The position numbers and the translations under genes are program-made. A stretch of DNA of 55,601 nt from an uncultured Candidatus Saccharibacteria bacterium (GTDB lineage: Bacteria; Patescibacteriota; Doudnabacteria; UBA920), in the NCBI GenBank assembly GCA_964477745.1, contig CAYZEI010000006.1, positions 1-55,601 of the forward strand, written 5' to 3'. Every line of letters starts with the position of its first letter. Position 1 is the stretch's first letter. The notes under the pieces were generated by a model. That model saw only the letters and a list, made by a program, of their open reading frames with translations. It was not told the origin of the DNA and did no database searches. Shown piece by piece: positions 18,460 to 27,333 of this stretch.

Positions 18460-21400
18460 TTATATTTTGATTATTCCCAACCAAATGGCTTTTCCGCCGA
18501 TCTCCGCTTGGATTTCAAAGTCTGCTTCCACTTCATAGCTTTTGGAAATTTGGCTGACAAAAGTTTTTTTCCGGTCTACCAATTTCAGCAAACAGCTTTC
18601 CAAGTTTTCATCTTGGGTATTGTAATATAAATCCACCAGCTCCCCTGGTTTAAGCCCGCTTTTTTTGCGCAAATCCTGAACCTGTCGTTCCAGCTCTCTG
18701 GCAGTTCCTTCCAGTTTTAATTCCGGTGTAAGGCGGGTATCAAGGTAAAAGTTTTCCACGGTTCCAACGCCGGGAACAATTATTATGCCGGTGTCCGGTC
18801 TTGAATCTTTATCTAATAAACTGGCATCGATTTCTTTAATATTTAACTCTTCCAAAATCAGTTTATTAAATTCTTCCGGCAAATTTGTGTCTTTTTGCTT
18901 AGATGAAAAAGCGATTGCGCGGAGTGGCTGGCGTACGGGTAAAGCTTTGTCTTTACGGATTGCCAAGCCCAAGGTGGAAACTTCACGCACTATATCCATT
19001 TTACTGAACACGTCCGACTCCACGGCAAACACAGACAAATTGGACCACGAAGCCAAATGTACGGATTCTTTGCCAGTCACGTCTTTATAAATAAAGTCGG
19101 CCAAAAACGGCATATATGGAGCCAGCATTTTACTGAGCTCGGCTAAAACATAACTTAAAGTTTCTCCGGCCTGCTTCCCTTCTTGCCCTTCCATTTTTAA
19201 ACGATCCCGGCTCCGGCGCAAATACCAAGTGGACAGGTCGTTAATAAAGTCCACCATATCTTTTCCGGCTTTGACCGTATTATATTCGTCCAAATAATTG
19301 GTAACTTTTCCGTGTAATTCAAATAGTTTGGCCAGTATCCAGCGGTCCAACACATGGTCTGAAGTGGGCTTACTTTCCGGCGCCGTGCCTTTGTAGTACA
19401 TGCGCAAAAAGCTCCAAACATTATAAAGCAACATATTAACTTTTCGGCTAATTTCCGAAACGCCTTTTTCGCTAAAATTAAAATCATCGCCGTTCATTAC
19501 CGGAGAGACCAATAAATAAAACCGAATCGGGTCAATGCCGAATTTTTCTATGAGGATGTTCGGGTCGGGAAAATTATTTTTGCTCTTGGACATTTTACTG
19601 CCGTCCTCGGCTAAAATATTTCCGGTGGTCACCACGTTCTTAAACGGGGCTTTTTCAAAAATGGTGGACGACACGGCATGCATGACATAAAACCAGGCGC
19701 GGGTTTGCGCAATATATTCGGCCACAAAATCCGCCGGGAATCTGGCTTTAAACAATTCCTTATTTTCGAACGGGTAATGCAGTTCGGCAAACGGCATAGA
19801 AGCGGACTCTACCCAGCAATCCACCACTTCCGGAACCCGGCTCATTTGTCCGCTACACTTTTCGCACTTTACTTTAACCCGGTCTATATAGGGACGATGC
19901 AGATCAATAGATTCAAGATTTAAAATTTCGGATTTTAGATCCTGGCCTCTTTCGGTTAAATCTTTAATCTTTAATCTTAAATCTTCTGATTCCGGGTATA
20001 CTTCTTGGAAGTTGGTTGATTTAGCAATTAATTCTCCAATCGAACCAATACAAACTACATCTCTACAGTCTTCCCGGTCGCATTTCCAAAACGGCAAAGC
20101 CGTAGCCCAAAATCGGTTGCGGGAAATATTCCAATCCGGCGCTTGCGCCATGCTGTTGCCGAACCGGCCGTGCTTTAAGTGCTCGGGGTACCAATTTATA
20201 TCTTCGTTATTTTTTATTAAATCTTGCTTAACCGATTGAATGTTAATAAACCAAGCAGGAAGTGCATTGTAAAACAACGGAGTGCCACAACGATAACAAT
20301 GCGGATAGGAGTGGGTATAGCTTTCGGTTTTATAAACTTTTCCGGTTTCGGTTAACTCTTTTAAAATAATTTTGTCGGCATTCTTAAAGAACACTCCGCG
20401 CAAATTTTCCGGCGCCATTTCCATATAATGGCCTTTGTGGTCCAACATATCCACGCGCGGTAAATTCTTGGCCTTGGCTAACTGATAATCTTCTTCACCA
20501 TACATAGCGGCATTATGCACAATCCCCGTACCATCGGTTGTGGTCACAAAATCGGCTATATAAATTTTATGAGCCCGGTTATTTGGGTCTGTAATTACTC
20601 CCGGATAAAGTGGCTCATAAGACAATCCTTCAATAGCGCGCGCCGGAAATTCCGCCACAGTTTCATAAGCGCCCTCAATTATGGACAGTCTATCTTTGGC
20701 TAAAATATAGCGCTCCCCATTTTCCTGTTCAATTAACACATAACGAATATCCCCGCCAATATTTAGCGAAGTATTTCCCGGCAAGGTCCAAGGTGTGGTG
20801 GTCCAGGCCAAGCAGTAAGTTTTATCGTTAGTAAGGTCGTTTATTATTCTTTGCCGAGGGGTCAGCCTAAACTTGGCGTACACCGATTCTTCGGTCACGT
20901 CTTTATAGCTGTTATCCATAGCCACTTCAAAATTAGAAATGGGAGTCTCACAGCGGGAACAATAAAGTAGAACTTTACGGTCTTCGTAAATTAACCCTTT
21001 ATTCCAAATTTGTTGCAAGGCCCACCAGACCGATTCCTGGTAACTGGTATCCATGGTCTTGTAGGAATTTTCAAAATCCACCCAGCGTCCCATTCGGCGC
21101 ACGGTTTTCCCCCACTCGTCGGCAAACTTAAGTACGTTGTCCCGACAGACTTTATTAAACCGGTCCACGCCTAGTTCTTCAATTTGTTTTTTGCCAGAAA
21201 TTTTTAAATTTTGCTCTACAATATTTTCAATTGGCAAGCCGTGACAATCCCAACCCCAACGCCTTCGGACAAACCGCCCCTTCATAGTTTGGTAACGCGG
21301 TATGGCGTCTTTTATAGTGGAAGCAAGAATGTGACCGTAATGCGGTAAGCCCGTAGCAAAAGGCGGACCGTCGTAAAAAATATACGGCTCATACGTCTTT

Positions 21401-21513
21401 GTTATTTCCAAAGACTTTTCAAAAATTTTATTCTCATCCCAAAATTTTAAAATATCCTGTTCTAGTTTATTAAAATCCGGGGTGGTTGATGGTTTTTGAT
21501 TATTATCCGCCAT
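18460..21513 (-). CDS. ileS: isoleucine--tRNA ligase
   Basis: The HIGH motif 'PHYGHIL', the 'KMSKSKNN' motif, the CP1 editing region and the length (1017 aa) all fit. Confidence 0.95.
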   Translation of the reverse strand: MADNNQKPSTTPDFNKLEQDILKFWDENKIFEKSLEITKTYEPYIFYDGPPFATGLPHYGHILASTIKDAIPRYQTMKGRFVRRRWGWDCHGLPIENIVEQNLKISGKKQIEELGVDRFNKVCRDNVLKFADEWGKTVRRMGRWVDFENSYKTMDTSYQESVWWALQQIWNKGLIYEDRKVLLYCSRCETPISNFEVAMDNSYKDVTEESVYAKFRLTPRQRIINDLTNDKTYCLAWTTTPWTLPGNTSLNIGGDIRYVLIEQENGERYILAKDRLSIIEGAYETVAEFPARAIEGLSYEPLYPGVITDPNNRAHKIYIADFVTTTDGTGIVHNAAMYGEEDYQLAKAKNLPRVDMLDHKGHYMEMAPENLRGVFFKNADKIILKELTETGKVYKTESYTHSYPHCYRCGTPLFYNALPAWFINIQSVKQDLIKNNEDINWYPEHLKHGRFGNSMAQAPDWNISRNRFWATALPFWKCDREDCRDVVCIGSIGELIAKSTNFQEVYPESEDLRLKIKDLTERGQDLKSEILNLESIDLHRPYIDRVKVKCEKCSGQMSRVPEVVDCWVESASMPFAELHYPFENKELFKARFPADFVAEYIAQTRAWFYVMHAVSSTIFEKAPFKNVVTTGNILAEDGSKMSKSKNNFPDPNILIEKFGIDPIRFYLLVSPVMNGDDFNFSEKGVSEISRKVNMLLYNVWSFLRMYYKGTAPESKPTSDHVLDRWILAKLFELHGKVTNYLDEYNTVKAGKDMVDFINDLSTWYLRRSRDRLKMEGQEGKQAGETLSYVLAELSKMLAPYMPFLADFIYKDVTGKESVHLASWSNLSVFAVESDVFSKMDIVREVSTLGLAIRKDKALPVRQPLRAIAFSSKQKDTNLPEEFNKLILEELNIKEIDASLLDKDSRPDTGIIIVPGVGTVENFYLDTRLTPELKLEGTARELERQVQDLRKKSGLKPGELVDLYYNTQDENLESCLLKLVDRKKTFVSQISKSYEVEADFEIQAEIGGKAIWLGIIKI

Positions 21514-21727
21514 AGTTTATGTAAGTCAAGAATAAAAATATTAATCCAAAAATAATAAATAAAATTCCAATAATGTTAAATAAATACCTTTTCCATTTAA
21601 CAGATACTGTTAAAACCTCCGGTCCCATTAGCTTTTCTTCCTGAGTCGTAACTCTAACTAATAAATTAATATTAGATAAAATTAATATACCAACAATTAT
21701 TATTAAAAACCCTATAAGTATTTTCAT
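21503..21727 (-). CDS. small two-TM membrane protein
   Basis: 74-aa ORF with two hydrophobic helices. It overlaps the ileS start by 11 nt. Confidence 0.5.
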   Translation of the reverse strand: MKILIGFLIIIVGILILSNINLLVRVTTQEEKLMGPEVLTVSVKWKRYLFNIIGILFIIFGLIFLFLTYINYGG

Positions 21728-21791
21728 AATCTAATTATTTGCTCTAATGCTTTTTATCAGCGTTATCTGTTCCCATATGCGTATCCGTGAA

Positions 21792-23552
21792 TTACATTTC
21801 TTCCGGTGCCTCTATCCCCAAAAGATACAAACCATTTCTTAACACCTGCGCGGTGGCGGTAATTAACTGTAATCTAAAATTTCTAATCTTTTCATCCGGT
21901 TCCTGTGACACCGGGACTTCCTGATAAAAAGAATTAAAGGTCTGGGACAGTTCAAATAAATAATTACACAAGTTATTCGGCAAATAGTCTTTGGTTACTT
22001 GGGCCACAACTTCCGGATAAATCTGTAATTTTCTCAAAACTAAAGATTCGTGACTGTTTATAGTTTGTAAAATTTGATCATTTGAAATTGTTTGAAAATT
22101 GGAAATTGGAAATTGGAAATTGCTTTTTCTTAATATCCCATAAATCCTGGCATGGGTGTATTGCAAGTACGGACCGGTATTCCCTTCAAAGGACAAAGCT
22201 TTGTCCCAATTAAACACAATTTCCGTTTTGCGGTTATGGGACAGGTCAAAATATTTTATGGCCGACAGTGCCACTTGCTCGGACACTGACTGTTTATTTT
22301 CCAGTGCCGGATTTTTTTCTTCAATAATTTTTATTGCGCGGGCTCGGGATTCTTCAATCAAGTTCTTTAAACTAATAGTTGTGCCTTTGCGGGTAGAGAT
22401 CGGTCCTTCGGGCAAAGACATAAAACCAAAATCCACATGTTCGGCAGACTCTGGATCCGGCAAATAACTCGCCTGCTTGGCAATTTCAAAAACTTGATTA
22501 AAATGATGTGACTGGCGGTTATCTACCACATACAACATTTTTTCCAACTTCATATCTTCAATTCTATATTTTATAGTGGCCAAATCTCTGGTTAAATAAG
22601 TGGTGGCTCCGTCAGACTTTACAACCACGGCAAACCCCATTTTTTGCGGTTCTAAATTCACCACTTGCGCGCCTTGGGATTCCACCAATAGCCCTTTTTG
22701 TTTTAAATCCGCTAGGATGGCGGGCATTTTATCTTCGTAAAAACTTTCGCCCAAGTTGTGATCAAACGGCAAAACATCTAAAATTTTGCGGTAATTTTCA
22801 AAGTCTTCCAAAGATACCCGAACAAACCACTGCCACAGCTCGCGATTTTCGGTATCCCCTTTTTCCAGATGGACAAATTCTTCTTTGCCTAAATCCCGCA
22901 AGCCCGGGTCTGTTTCAATTTTTGCGGACATTGCCACATATAATTTATTCAGTTCGTTAATCGGGTCGGCTTCAATTTGCTTTTTATCACCGCCGGCTTT
23001 TATAAATTCTTTATACGCAAACAGTAAAATTCCAAATTGAGTGCCCCAATCGCCAATGTGCGTATCTGATACCGCTTTAAAACCCTGACTGCGAAAAACA
23101 CGCAACAAACAATCACCGATTACCGCACTGCGCAAATGCCCCACATGCGGAGGCTTGGCCACATTATTTTGAAAATATTCCACAACCACGGTTTTACCGC
23201 CTCCGGTTACCGAACAGCCATATAAATCACCCTGATCCAAAATTCTGTTTAAGTTAGTCAGTAAAAATTGCGGGGATAAAGTAAAGTTTATAAATCCGCC
23301 GACTTCCTGCATGGTGACTAAATCTTTAGCAAGCTCATTCTCCTGAATTTTTTCTATTATTTTATTTGCCAGCTCTTTAGGATTTTGCTTTAATTTTTTG
23401 CCCAAAACTAAAGCAGTATTGGTGGAATAATCCCCAAAGCTTAAATCAGGAACTTTTATATCCCAACTGTCTAAATAAGACGTTAACTTTAAGTCCGAAA
23501 GCGCTGAAGCCAACAAATGACTTATCCAATTTTTTCCTGTTTCATTGTTCAT
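21792..23552 (-). CDS. argS: arginine--tRNA ligase
   Basis: 'NVAKPPHVGHLRSAVIGD' is the class I HIGH region, and a C-terminal anticodon-binding DALR-like region is present. 586 aa. Confidence 0.93.
   Translation of the reverse strand: MNNETGKNWISHLLASALSDLKLTSYLDSWDIKVPDLSFGDYSTNTALVLGKKLKQNPKELANKIIEKIQENELAKDLVTMQEVGGFINFTLSPQFLLTNLNRILDQGDLYGCSVTGGGKTVVVEYFQNNVAKPPHVGHLRSAVIGDCLLRVFRSQGFKAVSDTHIGDWGTQFGILLFAYKEFIKAGGDKKQIEADPINELNKLYVAMSAKIETDPGLRDLGKEEFVHLEKGDTENRELWQWFVRVSLEDFENYRKILDVLPFDHNLGESFYEDKMPAILADLKQKGLLVESQGAQVVNLEPQKMGFAVVVKSDGATTYLTRDLATIKYRIEDMKLEKMLYVVDNRQSHHFNQVFEIAKQASYLPDPESAEHVDFGFMSLPEGPISTRKGTTISLKNLIEESRARAIKIIEEKNPALENKQSVSEQVALSAIKYFDLSHNRKTEIVFNWDKALSFEGNTGPYLQYTHARIYGILRKSNFQFPISNFQTISNDQILQTINSHESLVLRKLQIYPEVVAQVTKDYLPNNLCNYLFELSQTFNSFYQEVPVSQEPDEKIRNFRLQLITATAQVLRNGLYLLGIEAPEEM
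22083..22122. repeat. heptamer repeat (GGAAATT x3 perfect plus 2 degenerate) inside argS
   Basis: It is translated as 'SNFQFPISNFQTISN'. Confidence 0.9.
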
Positions 23553-23728
23553 GATACTACCATAATTACCCTACTACTATAACATAAAACCCACCTGTTT
23601 CACAAATTCACCTGCTCTGGAAGAGGTGTCCCCTCTTCCAATTCAATTTTATGGTGTAATGAGGAATATTCTTGAGATTAACGCCGATGGTTTTAAGCCT
23701 AAAAAAATGCTAAAATTATTCTATCTTT

Positions 23729-24187
23729 ATGAAATCTACTCAATCCTCTTTTGGCGGAAAAATTTTCGCTGACAATAAACGAGCCCGGTTTGATTACGAC
23801 ATTAAAAACACTTTAATGGCGGGTTTGGTTTTGTCCGGACCGGAAGTAAAGTCCGTAAAAATGGGAAATATATCTTTAACCGGTGCATATGTTACTGTCT
23901 CGATCTCTGGTGCTTCACTGATTAACTGTCATATTGGTCCTTACAAGTACGCCAAAAACGAAAAGTATAACCCTACTCAAACCCGTGGGCTTCTTCTAAA
24001 GAAAGATGAAATAAATGAACTGTTGGGAAAAGAAAAAGGACTAACCATAATCCCCTTGGAAATATTTTTGGGTAACCGAGGTTTAATAAAAATGAAAATT
24101 GGCTTGGGCAAAGCCCGCAAAAAAACCGACAAACGCGAATACATAAAAAAACGCGACGCGCAAAAAGAGATTAGAGCATCATTTTAA
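23729..24187 (+). CDS. smpB: SsrA-binding protein
   Basis: 'NKRARFDYDI', 'GLVLSGPEVKSVK' and the basic C-terminal tail 'GKARKKTDKREYIKKRD' are present. Confidence 0.93.
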   Translation: MKSTQSSFGGKIFADNKRARFDYDIKNTLMAGLVLSGPEVKSVKMGNISLTGAYVTVSISGASLINCHIGPYKYAKNEKYNPTQTRGLLLKKDEINELLGKEKGLTIIPLEIFLGNRGLIKMKIGLGKARKKTDKREYIKKRDAQKEIRASF

Positions 24188-24238
24188 CAAAAATCATATT
24201 AACATATTATCATTTTAACATCCTAACATACTATCATC
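24180..24238. repeat. word-like (TTAACAT / CTAACAT / TATCAT) low-complexity arm, left of the four-helix-bundle gene
   Basis: It is an imperfect inverted partner of 24617-24664. Confidence 0.7.
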
Positions 24239-24248
24239 TGAAACAATC

Positions 24249-24620
24249 ATGTCGGAAACAAAAACTCAATTTAATTATTTTGAACTTTTGAAAAACAAAA
24301 TGAATATTTACGTTCATTTTGTGTATAATTTTACTAAAAATTTCCCGAAAGAAGAAATATACGGAACAACTTCTCAGTTACGCCGAGCGACTTTGTCAAT
24401 TGTTTTAAATTTTATTGAGGGGTTTGCTAGAAAAAAAATTGCCGTAAAAAGAAACTTTTGGGAGATATCTTATGGTTCGCTTCAGGAATCAAAATATTTA
24501 ATCGGTTTTTGTGCGACAGAAGGATATATTAATCAAGAAGATTCAATAAAAGCAGAAAAGATGGCAGACGAAATTGGCGCCATGCTCTGGAAAGCTTTAG
24601 AACCCTTGTCAGATTGTTAA
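24249..24620 (+). CDS. four-helix-bundle protein (23S rRNA intervening-sequence protein family)
   Basis: The 'FPKEEIYGTTSQLRRATLSIVLNFIEGFARKK...SYGSLQESKYLIGFC' pattern is typical of TIGR02436/PF05635. Confidence 0.85.
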   Translation: MSETKTQFNYFELLKNKMNIYVHFVYNFTKNFPKEEIYGTTSQLRRATLSIVLNFIEGFARKKIAVKRNFWEISYGSLQESKYLIGFCATEGYINQEDSIKAEKMADEIGAMLWKALEPLSDC

Positions 24621-24664
24621 TTTGTTAAAATGTTAAAATGTTAGCATGATAAAATGTTAGAATG
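24617..24664. repeat. word-like arm, right of the four-helix-bundle gene
   Basis: The reverse complement of 'ttgttaaaatgttaaaatgttagcatgataaaatgttag' shares the words cattttaaca, ctaacat and tatcat with the left arm. Confidence 0.7.
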
Positions 24665-25222
24665 ACCCGTATGTCTCCCCAAACAAAAGAAAAAATCTAT
24701 CTCCTAATTATTGCTCTATTAATTGCACTCTGTGGGCAGTTTTATTATTCCTATCGTTATGTTCCTGTAACGGAACGACAAGTTAAGGTTTATTACAATC
24801 AGGAACGGGAACTAAACAAAGAAATAATTAACGTGGTTCGTGATGCTGACCAATTTGTATATTTCGCAGTCTACACCTTTACCCGGGCAGATATAAAAGA
24901 CGCGCTACTGGCCGCTAAACAACGCGGGCTAAAAGTAATCGGCTTAACCGATAAAGATCAATACCAAAAACTGGATTCTCAACAAAAAATTATAGACGAA
25001 CTTAAAAAAGCCGGCATTCCGGTTTACACACAAGATCATTCCGGGATTATGCATTTAAAAGTTGTAGTTACGGAAAAAGCCTATGCCTCCGGCAGTTATA
25101 ACTGGACCGCAGCGGCCACAAATTTAAATGACGAGGTTTTGGAAGTCGGTCATGACGAAAGCCTAAGGACAGTTTTTCAAAATATTTTGGAAGAGATGTT
25201 TGCGAAATATGGCCAAAACTAA
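24662..25222 (+). CDS. phospholipase D-like (Nuc-type HKD) domain protein with N-terminal TM
   Basis: The single HKD-like motif is 'HLKVVVTEKAYASGSYNWT'. 186 aa. Confidence 0.75.
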   Translation: MTRMSPQTKEKIYLLIIALLIALCGQFYYSYRYVPVTERQVKVYYNQERELNKEIINVVRDADQFVYFAVYTFTRADIKDALLAAKQRGLKVIGLTDKDQYQKLDSQQKIIDELKKAGIPVYTQDHSGIMHLKVVVTEKAYASGSYNWTAAATNLNDEVLEVGHDESLRTVFQNILEEMFAKYGQN

Positions 25223-25312
25223 CTTGCACAATGGGAACCATTGTGCAAAAACGGAAATGATTAAAATCTATGGTATAATTAATGTACAATAAATTAATCA
25301 CTAAACAAAAAT

Positions 25313-25801
25313 ATGGAAACCAATCAAAATCAAGCCCCAGTAACCCCTCCTAGCTCACCAACAGGTTTTATGGAGCAAATGGAGCAATTTTTTAAAACTT
25401 ATTTACATGACAAGGCGCCTTTTCATTTTCCGCCGAATGTTAAAGAATTCTTGGTAAAATTTGGTCCGTGGATTACCTTAGTAGTCCTGGTGCTCTCTAT
25501 CCCTGCACTATTGGCAGCCTTAGGTTTGGCCGCAATATTTATGCCGGTTGTGGCAATGTCAGCCGTCAGATCCGGCGGGTTTGGAATTATTGGGTTAATT
25601 TTTTCTCTAGCCTCTTTGGCTTTAGAAGGTTTTGCCTTGCCGGGTTTATTTGCCAGAAAAATGCAAGGCTGGCGATTAGCTTACTATGCGGTATTGGTTT
25701 CCACTTTAGGCAACTTACTCAGTGGCGATATTATTGGAGCCATTCTCGGAATAGTTATTTCCATGTATGTATTGTTTGAAATTAAAGACTACTATAAATA
25801 A
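25313..25801 (+). CDS. integral membrane protein, function unknown
   Basis: 162-aa ORF with 4 hydrophobic helices after a soluble N-terminus. Confidence 0.65.
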   Translation: METNQNQAPVTPPSSPTGFMEQMEQFFKTYLHDKAPFHFPPNVKEFLVKFGPWITLVVLVLSIPALLAALGLAAIFMPVVAMSAVRSGGFGIIGLIFSLASLALEGFALPGLFARKMQGWRLAYYAVLVSTLGNLLSGDIIGAILGIVISMYVLFEIKDYYK

Positions 25802-25844
25802 ACTGATCAAAACAAAGAAATTAGGAAATTAAAACAAATCTTGT

Positions 25845-26105
25845 ATGAGCGAATTTGCTAAAATGGACATATTTTTTGTCATTACCAGCTCCGCGGTTGT
25901 ATTACTCGGCATTCTTTTTGCCGTACTAATTGTCTATATAATAAAAATTTCTCGGGATATTAAATATATTTCCCAAAAAGCCCGCGGTGAAGCAGACCTT
26001 ATTTCTCAGGATTTATCGGAACTGCGCCAAAATGTTAAAGACAAGGGTGCCAAGTTAAAATTTTTCGCCAGTTTTTTCAATAACCTAAGCAAGAAAAAAA
26101 AGTAA
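25845..26105 (+). CDS. small membrane-anchored protein (DUF948-like)
   Basis: 86-aa ORF with an N-terminal TM and a charged helical tail. Confidence 0.55.
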   Translation: MSEFAKMDIFFVITSSAVVLLGILFAVLIVYIIKISRDIKYISQKARGEADLISQDLSELRQNVKDKGAKLKFFASFFNNLSKKKK

Positions 26106-26110
26106 ACTCA

Positions 26111-26272
26111 GGGTCTGTTACCGAATGTGCTTTTTGATGCAAAAGGAGATGGTTTGAGGAAAATTTTCAAAATAAATTTTGATGTTTACCTGGAAGGAAA
26201 GCGGATAAATTTTTTTGGAAATTTTACCAAACAAGCTCATTTTGGGCAAAAATGACATTCGGCAACAGACCC
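26111..26272. mobile_element. MITE-like 162-nt element with 18-nt terminal inverted repeats
   Basis: 'gggtctgttaccgaatgt' and 'acattcggcaacagaccc' pair at 17 of 18 positions and enclose an AT-rich, non-coding 126 nt. Confidence 0.55.
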
Positions 26273-26291
26273 CACAAACGAAAGGGACTGT

Positions 26292-26669
26292 ATGCAAAAA
26301 ACCACAAAAAAAATTGCCGAAGGACTAGGACTTGCGGCTTTGGCCGCCGGCGCGGCTGCTACCTATTTCTTTTACGGCCAAGACGGTAAAAAGAACCGCA
26401 AAACCTTAACCGCTTGGAGCAAAAAAGCCAAAGAAGAAATGGTTAAAAAGATTAAAGGCATGAAGAAGGTTAGCAAAGCAAACTACGAAGTGGCCGCCAA
26501 AGAAGTCTTAGCAAAATACAAGCAAATAAAAAATATTGACCCGAAAGACGTGGAAGTTTTGGGTAAAGAGTTAAAAGGTCACTGGCAAAAAATTTCCGGT
26601 GATTTAACCAAGCTTGGCCAGACAAAGAAACCGGCCGTTAAAAAAGCTGTGTCCAAAGCCAAAAAGTAA
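26292..26669 (+). CDS. YtxH-like lysine-rich membrane-anchored protein
   Basis: 125-aa ORF with an N-terminal 'GLGLAALAAGAAATYFFYG' helix and a K-rich amphipathic remainder. Confidence 0.6.
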   Translation: MQKTTKKIAEGLGLAALAAGAAATYFFYGQDGKKNRKTLTAWSKKAKEEMVKKIKGMKKVSKANYEVAAKEVLAKYKQIKNIDPKDVEVLGKELKGHWQKISGDLTKLGQTKKPAVKKAVSKAKK

Positions 26670-26680
26670 TATTTTTCAGC

Positions 26681-27310
26681 GTGCAACCAAAAGCTACAAC
26701 TACCCTATATTTTATTCGCCACGGCGAGACCATAAAAAATAAACAGCATATTCGCCAAGGTGTACAAATAGACGACTATTTGGACACCTTAGGCGTAATT
26801 CAAGCCCAAACCCTGGCTAAGTTAGCCTTGCATTTGGATTTGGATGTTTTGTATACATCACACTTACGCCGAGCGGAAGAAACGGCTGTATATATTAACA
26901 ATATGTTACCGGAAAAAATTCAAATTTTCCACGACTACAGATTAACCGAACGGGACTTCGGCAGTTTAACCGGCAAACCCATGACCGAGTGGGACAAACT
27001 ACTTCCTAACCATAAAGAATTGGAAGCGATGCAGGAATACGACTATCGCCCATTTGGCGGAGAAAGTGCCGACGATGTGCGCCAGCGTTCTGTCAGCGCG
27101 GTATTGGATATAATAGAAAATTTTACCCATAGCAACATTGGTATTGTCACCCACAATGGTGTTATTCGAATTTTGTTATTCCATTTTCCTTCCATTACCA
27201 GAATTTACCGTGGAAAAGACGGCTCAGATAAAGACATTACCAACGCGGATATTTATGAATGGGAAATAACCGACGGCCGAATTGCAAATTTAAAAAGCTT
27301 GCTAAAATAA
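26681..27310 (+). CDS. histidine phosphatase family protein (phosphoglycerate mutase-like)
   Basis: The 'LYFIRHGET' RHG motif and a downstream 'VTHNGVIR' His motif are present. GTG start. Confidence 0.85.
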   Translation: MQPKATTTLYFIRHGETIKNKQHIRQGVQIDDYLDTLGVIQAQTLAKLALHLDLDVLYTSHLRRAEETAVYINNMLPEKIQIFHDYRLTERDFGSLTGKPMTEWDKLLPNHKELEAMQEYDYRPFGGESADDVRQRSVSAVLDIIENFTHSNIGIVTHNGVIRILLFHFPSITRIYRGKDGSDKDITNADIYEWEITDGRIANLKSLLK

Positions 27311-27333
27311 AAATTCGCATAAGATTAAATTAT

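Noticed and set aside
23553-23728. A search for ssrA (tmRNA) next to smpB, and for any tRNA or rRNA in the intergenic regions.
   Set aside because: There is no GGGG...TCCACCA-type ends and no GGTTCGA T-loop. Only a 9-bp hairpin (23618-23640) is present. No RNA gene can be supported by eye, so tRNAscan, ARAGORN or Infernal should still be run.
25468-25779. The 103-aa ORF in an alternative frame of the 162-aa membrane-protein gene.
   Set aside because: It is a same-strand overlapping frame without its own signals. The 162-aa frame gives clean TM helices.
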